From: Candidatus Kapaibacterium sp.
Lineage (GTDB): Bacteria; Bacteroidota; Ignavibacteria; Kapaibacteriales; Kapaibacteriaceae
NCBI GenBank assembly: GCA_044345485.1
Contig: JBIJAX010000004.1
Span: 4,144-68,143 of the forward strand
Direction of reading: 5' to 3'
Length of the DNA stretch: 64,000 bases
Below the pieces are notes generated by a model, which saw nothing but the letters and a program-made list of their open reading frames with translations, did no database searches and was not told the DNA's origin. Shown here piece after piece: positions 17,967 to 27,471 of this stretch; position 1 is the first letter of the stretch; each line of letters opens with the position of its first letter. Made by a program: the position numbers and the translations under genes.

Positions 17967-18035
17967 ACGCGAGCATCAAAACGAGCAAGTATGAAACTGC
18001 TGAAAAACACTCACTATGTGTAGTTTCCGGCAGGT

Positions 18036-18908
18036 ATGTCGATACACTTCATCGTTCATGGTAGGCTCGCGCACGATTTATTAGTGCGGTATATGCGGGA
18101 CACATATCGTCCTGCAATGCACGTTACAAACTATGCACGGCATGCAAGTGCTCTCGCCTCGTCCTTACCAACCGATACGTCAACTCTGTTTGTTGCAGGG
18201 GGCGATGGGACCCTTCACGAGGTTGTCCATGGATTGATGCAACGAGCTCCCGAAGAACGTCCACCCATTCTACTTCTGCCACTTGGTTCAGGAAATGACA
18301 CTGCCCGAATGATAGGTGCGCGCGCAACGATCGCAGATGTACAGCGAAGATTTGCTTCGCGTAACCTGCTTGAATGGGATGTACTAGAATGCGCTGTTGG
18401 AAGTGAAGGACACCTACGTTTTTGCACCAATGTTCTTGACGTTGGGTTTGGAGGAGAAGTCGCGCGGAGATTCAACAGCTCGCTACGCCGTCTACCAGCT
18501 CGTCTTGGCTACGTTGTTGCAACTCTACAGTCGTTCGTACGTGCCAGTCCGCAGCAGATGAAGGTCGTTACTGAACGCTCGACGCACAGTGGCGATATGC
18601 TGCTAACGGCCATCGCCAACAGTAAGTGGTTTGGTAGTGGCATTGGTATTGCTCCGCATGCCCAGCCAGACGATGGAGAACTCGACATCACCCTCGTCAA
18701 GGACGTAGGACCACTAACCTATCTACGGTTCCTGCCCGCGCTGATGAAGGGTGTAGCTGTCCAGGATCCCAGGATAGACTATGTCCGCGGCACGACATGT
18801 TCGGTAGAAACCTCGAAGCCCCTTCCCATAGAGATTGATGGAGAGTTTGCAGGATTCACTCCACTTACGGTAAAGGTTCATCCCAAGGCTGTTAGATTGC
18901 TGGTATGA
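18036..18908 (+). CDS. Diacylglycerol/lipid kinase family protein (YegS-like)
   Basis: Motifs GGDGTLHEVVHGL and LPLGSGNDTAR. Confidence 0.85.
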   Translation: MSIHFIVHGRLAHDLLVRYMRDTYRPAMHVTNYARHASALASSLPTDTSTLFVAGGDGTLHEVVHGLMQRAPEERPPILLLPLGSGNDTARMIGARATIADVQRRFASRNLLEWDVLECAVGSEGHLRFCTNVLDVGFGGEVARRFNSSLRRLPARLGYVVATLQSFVRASPQQMKVVTERSTHSGDMLLTAIANSKWFGSGIGIAPHAQPDDGELDITLVKDVGPLTYLRFLPALMKGVAVQDPRIDYVRGTTCSVETSKPLPIEIDGEFAGFTPLTVKVHPKAVRLLV

Positions 18909-19459
18909 TACGCTTTCCTATGTCCTTGGGTAACGGATACACTTTGCGGGAAATGTCGGTAGAGGAATTCAATTCCGTCTACACCAGCAAACAACAAGAG
19001 TACTTCACGACTTCGCTGATTGTTGATGTTACATCACATCTGTCGACGGAAGACCTACAGCTCGCACAGGAGCGAAGAACAGCATTTCCGTCAGTATGGC
19101 GCGTGCAATGGGCTGTTGAGTGCAACGCGGAAATAGTTGGCTGGACGTATGCCTATCAGCAGGATCACGAAACGTTGTATATGTGCAATACAGCACTCCA
19201 CCCAGTACATCGTGGTAAAGGTCTCTATACAAGTATTCTAGAGCTTGTTGTACGCATGGCTCGTGAGAAGGGATTTCAACTAGTAACGTCGAAGCACTAT
19301 GCATCAAACAATGCGGTGATTGTCCCGAAGCTAAAGGCTGGATTTACCATCACAGGAATGGCGCTTGATGAGAAGTACGGACTTATGGTTCACTTGACAA
19401 AGTACCTGCACCCCGAACGAGAAAAGCTAGCTATCATTCGAATTGGAGAAACACGGTGA
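18905..19459 (+). CDS. GNAT family N-acetyltransferase
   Basis: Acetyl-CoA binding motif HPVHRGKGLYTSILELVVRMAREKGF. The start overlaps the upstream stop (ATGA). Confidence 0.75.
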   Translation: MIRFPMSLGNGYTLREMSVEEFNSVYTSKQQEYFTTSLIVDVTSHLSTEDLQLAQERRTAFPSVWRVQWAVECNAEIVGWTYAYQQDHETLYMCNTALHPVHRGKGLYTSILELVVRMAREKGFQLVTSKHYASNNAVIVPKLKAGFTITGMALDEKYGLMVHLTKYLHPEREKLAIIRIGETR

Positions 19460-21783
19460 ATCGGAACATTATGTTCACGAGAGATGCAGCACAGTTGATT
19501 CGCAGTTTTAATGATATTGATCCATTCATGATGGGCGGGAAAAGACCAGCACATAATACTGTACTGGTAAGCACAACCATCATTGTTGTGATGGCAGTGC
19601 TGTGTTCTACATTTGCGCTAGCATCAACTGATACCACAGCTACGGATTCACTACGCAGCAGAACAACAGAGCGCATCGTTGTCTCAGCAAGTAGATGGGA
19701 AGAACGCGCTTCGACTAGCTCGCGCCAGATCATATCGCTAACGCCGAAAGACATTCGCAACCTTAACCCAGGCACATCTGCCGATCTGCTGGAGGCTTCA
19801 GGAGAGGTGTATATGCAGCGGAGTCAGGCAGGGGGCGGGAGCCCACGTTTGCGAGGCTTTGCAGCAAACAACGTGCTAATGGTTATGGACGGTATTCGCA
19901 TCAACAATGCGATATACCGCACTGGAAATCTCCAGAACCTGATCATGATAGATCCGCAGTCACTCGATGAAGCGGAGGTGCTGCTTGGCCCTGGTTCCGT
20001 GCAGTATGGCTCTGATGCACTTGGAGGGGTGATGGTCTTTAACACAAAGACCCTACCATTCACTGATCAGGAGTTGTTGTTATCGGGGTCTGCCTTCATT
20101 CGAGGTACTACAGCCACGGCGCAGCGAACCGCGAGTGCCGATCTCTCATTGCAGTCATCTGCAATCACAAGCTATACCTCCATAACTGCATCACAGTTTG
20201 GCGATGTGATCTCCGGCGGCACGTTCCCAACAAGTGCGTCGCAATTTGGTTCACGCTCGTGGTACGTTGAGCGTATCAATGGAAGAGATTCGCAAGTAGT
20301 CAATTCCAATCCCTTGATGCAACGCCAAAGTGGTTACGACCAGATCAATGTGCTCCAGAAGTTTGGATATCGTATCAACAGCAACTTGACGCTCAATGCG
20401 ATGGGGTTGTATACGACAACAGGCAGCATCCCGAGATACGACAGGCTATATGAGCAACAAAAGGGACGTACAACACCACGGTTCTCCGAATGGTACTATG
20501 GTCCACAACGATGGAGTCTCAACACCCTATCTCTACGGGGAAGTGCTCTTGGCGATGTTGTTGAAGACATCGTTGCCACAGCCTCCTATCAATGGTATCA
20601 GGAATCCCGTCACTCCCGCTCATTCAACTCAGATCTTAGACGTGATCAGACGGAGACGATATCCCTCATCAATCTCAACGTTGACGGCCGCTCAAGACTT
20701 ACGAACGATGATGATGAACGCGACTTGTACTACGGACTCGAAATGTCGCTTCAAGATGCAACATCAGTTGCAGAGAATGTGAACATTGCAACAACACAGA
20801 CCACGAGAGGAATTACACGCTATCCAGACGGTGGGAGCACATACAACACCTATGCGGCATATGCACAGCTACGTTGGTCTCTAGCCCCCTCTCTCATCGT
20901 CTCTGGAGGCCTTCGTGCAACAATGGTGGAACTTCGATCAAATGTGACAGATTCATCGGTGTTTGCATTGCCGTATCGTTCCATCGAGACCTCACCATCG
21001 GCAGTCACCGGATCCCTGGGCTTTGTGTGGCGCGCAATCCAGGGGGGGTCGCTTCGCATGAATGTAGCGAGTGGATTTCGAGCGCCGAACATCGACGACA
21101 TTGGAAAGGTGTTTGACTCCAGGGCAGGAGCACTCGTTGTGCCTAATCCCAATCTTGGACCAATGTATGTGACTACGGCAGAAGCAGGAGTAGATGTATC
21201 GCCCCTTTCATGGCTAACACTAACAGGAACATACTTCCATAGCTGGCTCGGCGAGCTGATGCAGGTGATGCCTGATACATACAATGGTACCGACTCAATT
21301 GACTACAACGGAGTTATGAGCCGCGTAACCTCGCTCCAAAATGTTGGCTCTGGATGGATCAATGGTGTAAGCTTTGGTGCGTCTGCCCTATTCAGCGATG
21401 TTACAGTAGATGCTCAAGCATCCGTTGCAACTGGACGTGACAACAACGGTGCGGTGCTGATGCATATCGTACCAGCGTTTGGCCAGGTACGCCTTACGTG
21501 GCGACCCTTTCAAGGGGCTCTCTTGATCGGCGAAACGCGCTGGTCTGCAGCGTGGACACGCTCAATGATTCCATCGTCTGAATTCACTCTGGGTGTTCAC
21601 TACACCGATGTTGGACTGCCATCATGGACGGTTGGGAACATTCGAGCTTCATATGAGATATCACGCTGGCTCACAGCTCAAGCATCCGTCGAGAATATCT
21701 TCGACCTGCAGTATCGAAGCGCTGGATCGGGTATATCGGCGCCGGGAAGAAACTACGGCCTCACACTGCGCACAACATGGTAA
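19456..21783 (+). CDS. TonB-dependent receptor
   Basis: Plug domain ...LLEASGEVYMQRSQAGGGSPRLRGFAANNVLMVMDGIRINN. The beta-barrel ends ...NYGLTLRTTW. A GTG start overlaps the GNAT stop. The true start could be an internal Met. Confidence 0.85.
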   Translation: MNRNIMFTRDAAQLIRSFNDIDPFMMGGKRPAHNTVLVSTTIIVVMAVLCSTFALASTDTTATDSLRSRTTERIVVSASRWEERASTSSRQIISLTPKDIRNLNPGTSADLLEASGEVYMQRSQAGGGSPRLRGFAANNVLMVMDGIRINNAIYRTGNLQNLIMIDPQSLDEAEVLLGPGSVQYGSDALGGVMVFNTKTLPFTDQELLLSGSAFIRGTTATAQRTASADLSLQSSAITSYTSITASQFGDVISGGTFPTSASQFGSRSWYVERINGRDSQVVNSNPLMQRQSGYDQINVLQKFGYRINSNLTLNAMGLYTTTGSIPRYDRLYEQQKGRTTPRFSEWYYGPQRWSLNTLSLRGSALGDVVEDIVATASYQWYQESRHSRSFNSDLRRDQTETISLINLNVDGRSRLTNDDDERDLYYGLEMSLQDATSVAENVNIATTQTTRGITRYPDGGSTYNTYAAYAQLRWSLAPSLIVSGGLRATMVELRSNVTDSSVFALPYRSIETSPSAVTGSLGFVWRAIQGGSLRMNVASGFRAPNIDDIGKVFDSRAGALVVPNPNLGPMYVTTAEAGVDVSPLSWLTLTGTYFHSWLGELMQVMPDTYNGTDSIDYNGVMSRVTSLQNVGSGWINGVSFGASALFSDVTVDAQASVATGRDNNGAVLMHIVPAFGQVRLTWRPFQGALLIGETRWSAAWTRSMIPSSEFTLGVHYTDVGLPSWTVGNIRASYEISRWLTAQASVENIFDLQYRSAGSGISAPGRNYGLTLRTTW

Positions 21784-21788
21784 GTGGA

Positions 21789-22970
21789 CTAGTGAACAAG
21801 CACGATCGATGAGCGCATACCGCGAGTGCTACGTTCAACTCGTAGGTAGGGTCCGGTTGGTAGCGTAGACTCAATCTTCTTAAGTGCTTCTGGTGTTGCC
21901 GCAGATCCAACATGTACTCCGTTCAGCGTAAACAGTTCAAACAGTGTGTACTCATCGCGTGCCTCAGAGTCTGTTGAACCAACAGAGGTGGTTCCCGGTA
22001 CACGATACCGTAGGATCACATCGTTGTCGAGCACAAGGTTTGAAGTCCAGATGAACGTGGCATCATTGCCCGCAGCATCGAACACATCAGTGAAGTTTGT
22101 GTAGGCAGGCTTGTTGTCTACTCCAACTTCTTTGTTGCTGTAGGTAAACGCATTCGGCCACGATGAGTCATCGAAGTCTGCATTTTCCCATCCAGCAGGT
22201 CGGTCCCAGAACACAGCGTAATGTTGTGATCCATCTGCTGCATCGGCAGTACTGCAGAGTTTAGAAGATCGTAGCGTTCCCTCTTCCCTGAGACACGATA
22301 GATCTTGAATGGGGCTGGTGTAAAACGTCTGTGCTTTCCATTCTGGCGATGTCGCAGCAATCATAGTATTGCTCTCGTCCGTAAATGCGATTACAATACC
22401 TGCGTCGCCCGCATGATACTTTGACTGTCCTTGAACCTCGGTGCCGAGACCAAGATTCTCTTCCCAATCAACTGCACGAACAGCAACAGTAAATGGTCGT
22501 TTGGCACGAAATCTCACTACTGATGAATTAAATGGCGTATATGGTACGTTGTCTTTCCCAACTGGGATGCCATTCACATACATCTCGAAATAGTTGTCGG
22601 CAAAGACGTAGGCAGTGATCATTTCACCATCAGCGTCAACTGTAATGAATGGACCATTCGCATAGGCGGCACGGGCCGCTGCTGTGGTAGCGTACGTTAC
22701 GCCTGTGCATGTGTTATGCATATCGAGTGACGGAGGAAAGAATGCATTCGCAAACTTCACCGCCGCAGGCACGAACCACGTACGTCCGTTGGTCGAATTA
22801 ACACGTCCAATGTTCGTGGGGCGTCCGCCCTGGCACACATACAGATCTTTTGTGAAGATTGTGCCAGCCCCCTGCGTAATCGAACCAGTACCTGTGTATT
22901 GTCCGTAAGCACTTGCTGCAGTGAAGAATGCTAGCGCAACTGATGATATGTGACGTATGGTAGAGATCAC
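21789..22970 (-). CDS. Hypothetical secreted protein with a T9SS C-terminal domain
   Basis: A GTG start overlaps the upstream stop (GTGA). The signal peptide ends ...VALAFFTAASAYGQ. The C-terminus ...FTLNGVHVGSAATPEALKKIESTLPTGPYLRVERSTRGMRSSIVLVH is CTD-like. No other domain recognised. Confidence 0.65.
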   Translation of the reverse strand: MISTIRHISSVALAFFTAASAYGQYTGTGSITQGAGTIFTKDLYVCQGGRPTNIGRVNSTNGRTWFVPAAVKFANAFFPPSLDMHNTCTGVTYATTAAARAAYANGPFITVDADGEMITAYVFADNYFEMYVNGIPVGKDNVPYTPFNSSVVRFRAKRPFTVAVRAVDWEENLGLGTEVQGQSKYHAGDAGIVIAFTDESNTMIAATSPEWKAQTFYTSPIQDLSCLREEGTLRSSKLCSTADAADGSQHYAVFWDRPAGWENADFDDSSWPNAFTYSNKEVGVDNKPAYTNFTDVFDAAGNDATFIWTSNLVLDNDVILRYRVPGTTSVGSTDSEARDEYTLFELFTLNGVHVGSAATPEALKKIESTLPTGPYLRVERSTRGMRSSIVLVH

Positions 22971-24685
22971 TTGGAGCGCACGATCGTGCCGGAAGAAGGG
23001 GCTGAATGACGGCTTGTGATCTTGTACGTATACGATCCACTTGGGCAATCGAGGCCGTTATCTTGCATACCGTCCCAAATCACTGTGTAGGAGCCTGCGT
23101 CAATTGCCGTCTCACGCAGAACGTTGCGGACGTTGTTACCCTGTGCATCGAATAGTTGGATAGAGATCACGTCAGCCTGCGGCAGAGTAAATCGTATTGA
23201 TGTCTGGTCACGCATCGGATTCGGCGCAACGTGCTCATCAATATAGTCTGTGTTCCAAAGCACTGGAACGCTCGTGGAGATGGAGTCGTAGCAGTTCTTT
23301 GTGTTCACGACGTACGTAGCAGAAATGTCGCCGTTCTTGCGAGTAGCAGTCTCATTCTTTGGATTGTAGGCACGGATGTACTCAACCTTGAACGACTCAG
23401 GAGTAACCGAAACGCGGAAGTGTCCTGAGTTGGGTAGGATCAATCCCTCAAGATAGCCGTACTTCGCAGCTGTACCTGTTCCTGAGAAATTCGAGTGACT
23501 CGGCTGCGGTGTTTCCTGATAGATAAGGCAGTCCTTCTCCTGCTTGGCAAAGAAGTGATCATGTCCGTGGAAGAAGACGTTTACGCGATGTTCTTTAAGC
23601 AAGTCTTTGATTGGCTTGTACCAACCTGGACGCTGTTGAGCAAAACCTTCAGAACCGTCAAGGTTTTTTCCACCCCATTCGTAGCGGTCAGCAAACTCAA
23701 CGCCCCCGCGTCCGAGAGGGTCGCCCCCTACGAGCTGATGTGCAAAGATGAACTTGAATGTTGCATTGCTCTGCTCTAGAGTACGCTTGAGCCAATCATA
23801 CTGATCTTTACCAAGGGTCCATCTCCAGCCGTTAAGCGAGTCTGGTTTTGGTCTCGTATACCAGTAGGGGTCTAAGACGATGAACAGTGCATCGCCCCAT
23901 TCAAAACGGTGATAGCTCTCGCGTATACCGACGAACGGATGATTCGTTGTATCCCCTGTGTAGAACTCATTTGGTTCAGGATTGAGGAAGTACTTCTTTC
24001 TGTCGAGTGTGCCCCATACAGCTACGTTGTTTCCATTGCCGTTGTTCAGCCAACCTGTTTCACCTTCATGGTTTCCGAGAGCAATGAAAAGGGGCACCGA
24101 GTGACACGTCTTCTCGTAGAATGCACGCATGTATCGTGCGCGATACGTTACCGTATCACGAGGAATCTGCTTGTTAGCCGTCTGCATCTTGTCCGACATC
24201 AGAATATCACCAAGATCCATCATGAAATCGGGTTGGTCAGCAAGTTGATTCTTGAGACAGTTCTGATACACTAGGGAATCGCTCTGCTCATCCATGTGCG
24301 GATCAGCCTGGATGGTGAACGTAAACGGCACTCCCTTAGGACGCGCAGTAACGAATGAGTGCACCTGTTGTGAAGTAAATGCATCGCTTCCTTTTGCAGC
24401 ATATGCATAGGAGTAGAAATAGCGGGTATTCTGTTCGAGGCCCTGTATAACAAGCTCGGCAGGCTCACCAGCTGTAAACGACATAACAGGTGTGCGCTTG
24501 GTAAGTTCTTCTGGACTCGTTCCATAGTCTATGCGCACATCGACATCGGCGTCGAAGAATGCCTGAATGGTGATGCTTCGATCAGTTGGGCGTCCCACGA
24601 TCTCTGTGTTGATCATACGTTGAGCAGAGACATTGATCGCTGCAAGTGCTGCCAAGAGAAGTATGATAGTCTTCATGTGTTTCAT
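22967..24685 (-). CDS. Calcineurin-like metallophosphoesterase with a purple-acid-phosphatase-like N-terminal domain and a C-terminal T9SS/FlgD-Ig-like domain
   Basis: Motifs ADPHMD, LGDILMSD, GNHEGE, FAHQ and HGHDHFF. Signal peptide MKTIILLLAALAAINVSAQ. The C-terminus ...GSYTVIWDG...GSYTYKI. Confidence 0.8.
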   Translation of the reverse strand: MKHMKTIILLLAALAAINVSAQRMINTEIVGRPTDRSITIQAFFDADVDVRIDYGTSPEELTKRTPVMSFTAGEPAELVIQGLEQNTRYFYSYAYAAKGSDAFTSQQVHSFVTARPKGVPFTFTIQADPHMDEQSDSLVYQNCLKNQLADQPDFMMDLGDILMSDKMQTANKQIPRDTVTYRARYMRAFYEKTCHSVPLFIALGNHEGETGWLNNGNGNNVAVWGTLDRKKYFLNPEPNEFYTGDTTNHPFVGIRESYHRFEWGDALFIVLDPYWYTRPKPDSLNGWRWTLGKDQYDWLKRTLEQSNATFKFIFAHQLVGGDPLGRGGVEFADRYEWGGKNLDGSEGFAQQRPGWYKPIKDLLKEHRVNVFFHGHDHFFAKQEKDCLIYQETPQPSHSNFSGTGTAAKYGYLEGLILPNSGHFRVSVTPESFKVEYIRAYNPKNETATRKNGDISATYVVNTKNCYDSISTSVPVLWNTDYIDEHVAPNPMRDQTSIRFTLPQADVISIQLFDAQGNNVRNVLRETAIDAGSYTVIWDGMQDNGLDCPSGSYTYKITSRHSAPSSGTIVRSK

Positions 24686-26304
24686 TCCTTGCCAATGATC
24701 ATGGTAGATGTACGCTGCACACCAGCGGCCTCAACTGCGACCGTGTACATTCCACGTGGTAGTGCGTCTACTGCGATCTCCTCTTGGTCTGTATCGATCA
24801 CAAGTGTTCCAAGCACATCATAAATACGTGTACGAGCATTGGCTATCTCGTATGGTGTAATCACACGCAGGATATCTGTAGCCGGGTTGGGTGCTATCTG
24901 AATGTCGATGGGCTTGATCTCTTCGGCAACATCAGTTGGACGCGTTGTAACCGTGTATGTGTAGGCTACCTCACCATTGGTATGCTTGCCGTCCACTGTA
25001 TCCTTTGGCATCCACGCACGAACGAAATCAACAGTAACACCTTCATCGCCTACACGAACGCGAAGGTGCCCAGCCCCTTCGAGCTTTACGTCTGTGTAGG
25101 CATCCCCGTTGTCCGTCACGCCGATGCTATATGTAGAATCGCTTGGCATTGGAACTTCCTGATACACCAGACCATCGAGCTCTTCCTTTGCGTACAAGTG
25201 GTCGTGACCCTGGAAGAATACATTCACACCATTCTTTACCATCAGTTGGTGAATTGGTTCGCCCCATCCTGGGCGGTACTTATCGAATTCGTAGACGCCC
25301 TTGTTTGAGTATCCGCCCCATTCAGCACCTTTTGCAGTAACAACCGCTCCGCGGCCTTGCCCTCGTGTGTGGTGCGCGAACACGAACTTGTACTTTGCCT
25401 TGCTCGCTTCCAGCGTCTGCTTCATCCACTTGTACTGTGTCTCGCCTAGCGTCCAGTCCCAGTTTTGAGGCTTCACATTTACGTCACAGTGACGGTATAC
25501 ATCTAGAACTACGAAGAGTGCATCACCCCACGTAAAAGCATAGTAGTTCTCAGGCAGTTCGATACCATGTGGCTCGTGAATCGTGTTGCCAGTATAGAAG
25601 TGATCTGGGATTGGATTTGCGTAATAGTATTTACGCCATAATGTGCCCCATACAGCAATGTTGTTCGGTGGATTTTGCTTTAGGTAGTATCCGGTCTCAC
25701 CCTCATGATTGCCTAGACAGAAAAAGAAGGGCATCGAGTGACATACTTTACCTAGGTACTGAAGATAGTCGCGGTGAAGATCATCCATGTCCTGACTAGT
25801 TGTTGTTTCCGGCGTGTGGTCATCTCCAAACGTGTCTCCGAGAGAGAACATGAAGTCCGCGCTGTCCTTTGCCTGATTGTCAAGGCAGATGCTATACATC
25901 GCGCGAATGCCCTTTTTGTCGTAGAGGTGTTCGTCTGCCTCTACGAGAAACGTAAACTCCTTGCCTTTAGCACGCTGCGTATGAAACATATACTCTGCAC
26001 TTGCTTCAAACTCGCCTTGGCCTCCTTGCTTTGACCGAACGCGGTAATAGTAACGTGTATCTGGTTTAAGGTTGTCAATCAAGGGGCGAACTGGCACACC
26101 TTTCGTTGCCGACGCAGTTTCTGATTTTGACGTGTACGAGTTGCGCTGTGTTCCCCATTCGAGGAAGTAATCACACGATGCACTAAACACTATGCTTGGC
26201 GTGACCGAACGGTCTGTTGGACGCCCAAGAATCACAGTGTGTTGTTGGGTATACATAGTTGACGCTGCGCAGACGCAGAGAAGAAATGCTAGCGAGATCT
26301 TCAT
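24682..26304 (-). CDS. Metallophosphoesterase paralog with a T9SS C-terminal domain
   Basis: Motifs EADEHLYD, LGDTFGDD, GNHEGE, FAHH and QGHDHLY. Signal peptide MKISLAFLLCVCAASTMYTQ at an internal start. The C-terminus IAPNPATDILRV...RGMYTVAVEAAGVQRTSTMIIGKE. Confidence 0.8.
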   Translation of the reverse strand: MKISLAFLLCVCAASTMYTQQHTVILGRPTDRSVTPSIVFSASCDYFLEWGTQRNSYTSKSETASATKGVPVRPLIDNLKPDTRYYYRVRSKQGGQGEFEASAEYMFHTQRAKGKEFTFLVEADEHLYDKKGIRAMYSICLDNQAKDSADFMFSLGDTFGDDHTPETTTSQDMDDLHRDYLQYLGKVCHSMPFFFCLGNHEGETGYYLKQNPPNNIAVWGTLWRKYYYANPIPDHFYTGNTIHEPHGIELPENYYAFTWGDALFVVLDVYRHCDVNVKPQNWDWTLGETQYKWMKQTLEASKAKYKFVFAHHTRGQGRGAVVTAKGAEWGGYSNKGVYEFDKYRPGWGEPIHQLMVKNGVNVFFQGHDHLYAKEELDGLVYQEVPMPSDSTYSIGVTDNGDAYTDVKLEGAGHLRVRVGDEGVTVDFVRAWMPKDTVDGKHTNGEVAYTYTVTTRPTDVAEEIKPIDIQIAPNPATDILRVITPYEIANARTRIYDVLGTLVIDTDQEEIAVDALPRGMYTVAVEAAGVQRTSTMIIGKE

Positions 26305-26317
26305 AGTATGTTCGAGG

Positions 26318-27466
26318 TTATTGCTTGATGAATAGTGTTGTTGTGATGTTGGTAGAATTGTCTGTAATGACTGCGATATAGATGCCCGGTGCTGCATCTA
26401 TGATAGAGAAGCTCTGTGCATCAACTGCTGATTTGATTAATTGTCCGGCTGATGTGTAGATGTCTACCCGTTTGGCAGGGTTTCGCAGCGTAACAAGCCC
26501 TTGTGTAGGATTCGGATAGAGTAGTGCCTCTGCAGGTGTGAATTCTCCATCTATGCTGGTTACATCTGGGATGCCCCCTCGCACGCAGATAAGGCGCTGC
26601 TTTGTTGCCTTCTCAGCATAGGTAATCACGCCAAGTTCAGGCTGGAGAAGCCACGCCTGTGTCGTGGTCTTTGCTGTAAGTGTTGTGCTTGACCAAACAG
26701 ACTTGCCCGACATGATACATGGGAAGTACATGAGATCTACACATGGGTCCTTCTCAACAACTTCGCGAATGGAATGAAGCTCCTTGATGTTAGGAACGCG
26801 CCAATCAGTGAATCCACCGAGCGTAAGTGTGTCGGCCTTCGAACGCGCTTCGTCATGGGTAAGTGGCGTATCGAAACAAAACTGCTGCCATTGCAGACCA
26901 GTTGCATTATCAACGACGATGTCATTTCCGAAATCAGTGAAGTGTGCTGGAATCTGTGTTGACTGTACTGTAGATCTCACGGCACGCACATGAAACTTCT
27001 TTGTTCCACCAGCACCGATGGTCTCTGACTTAGGATGAGGTCCAATTCCACCGCCTGAGTTCGTACACCATACTCGTGCTGCGTCTCCGACGAGAGATTC
27101 CGACGACCACCAATATTCTGCCTGTGTGTTTCCAAACACCGCTGGCAGCGCAGGATTCTTGCGGTTTAGATCATGAATGCTAAACAACTCATGTCCATTA
27201 GCAAGACGCCAGTCTGAGTATCCACCAAGAGTGAGAGTGTCGCAATACTTCTGCGCCTGTTCCCACGTCATCTCACCGCCATCTGTTTTCTGCCACATGA
27301 GCAAGGTAGTTGTGTCGAGAACAACAGCCCCCTCGTCGATGTATTGGGCTGGTGTTACTCCAGGCAGACGTTTCATTGTCTGTGTATAAGGCTTTTGAGC
27401 GAACATCGGCACAGATACGAGTACCGATATGAATACAAGACATATCAGATGTTGTATGATTCTCAT
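26318..27466 (-). CDS. Protein with two DUF1566 (Lcl C-terminal-like) domains and a T9SS C-terminal domain
   Basis: LMWQKTDGGEMTWEQAQKYCDTLTLGGYSDWRLANGHELFSI and LQWQQ...DEARSKADTLTLGGFTDWRVPNIKELHSI. The C-terminus LYPNPTQGLVTL...PGIYIAVITDNSTNITTTLFIKQ. Confidence 0.8.
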   Translation of the reverse strand: MRIIQHLICLVFISVLVSVPMFAQKPYTQTMKRLPGVTPAQYIDEGAVVLDTTTLLMWQKTDGGEMTWEQAQKYCDTLTLGGYSDWRLANGHELFSIHDLNRKNPALPAVFGNTQAEYWWSSESLVGDAARVWCTNSGGGIGPHPKSETIGAGGTKKFHVRAVRSTVQSTQIPAHFTDFGNDIVVDNATGLQWQQFCFDTPLTHDEARSKADTLTLGGFTDWRVPNIKELHSIREVVEKDPCVDLMYFPCIMSGKSVWSSTTLTAKTTTQAWLLQPELGVITYAEKATKQRLICVRGGIPDVTSIDGEFTPAEALLYPNPTQGLVTLRNPAKRVDIYTSAGQLIKSAVDAQSFSIIDAAPGIYIAVITDNSTNITTTLFIKQ

Positions 27467-27471
27467 GGCGT

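Noticed and set aside
24784-25308. 174-aa plus-strand ORF
   Set aside because: It is antisense to the metallophosphoesterase gene, whose catalytic motifs are all present. It has no recognisable features.
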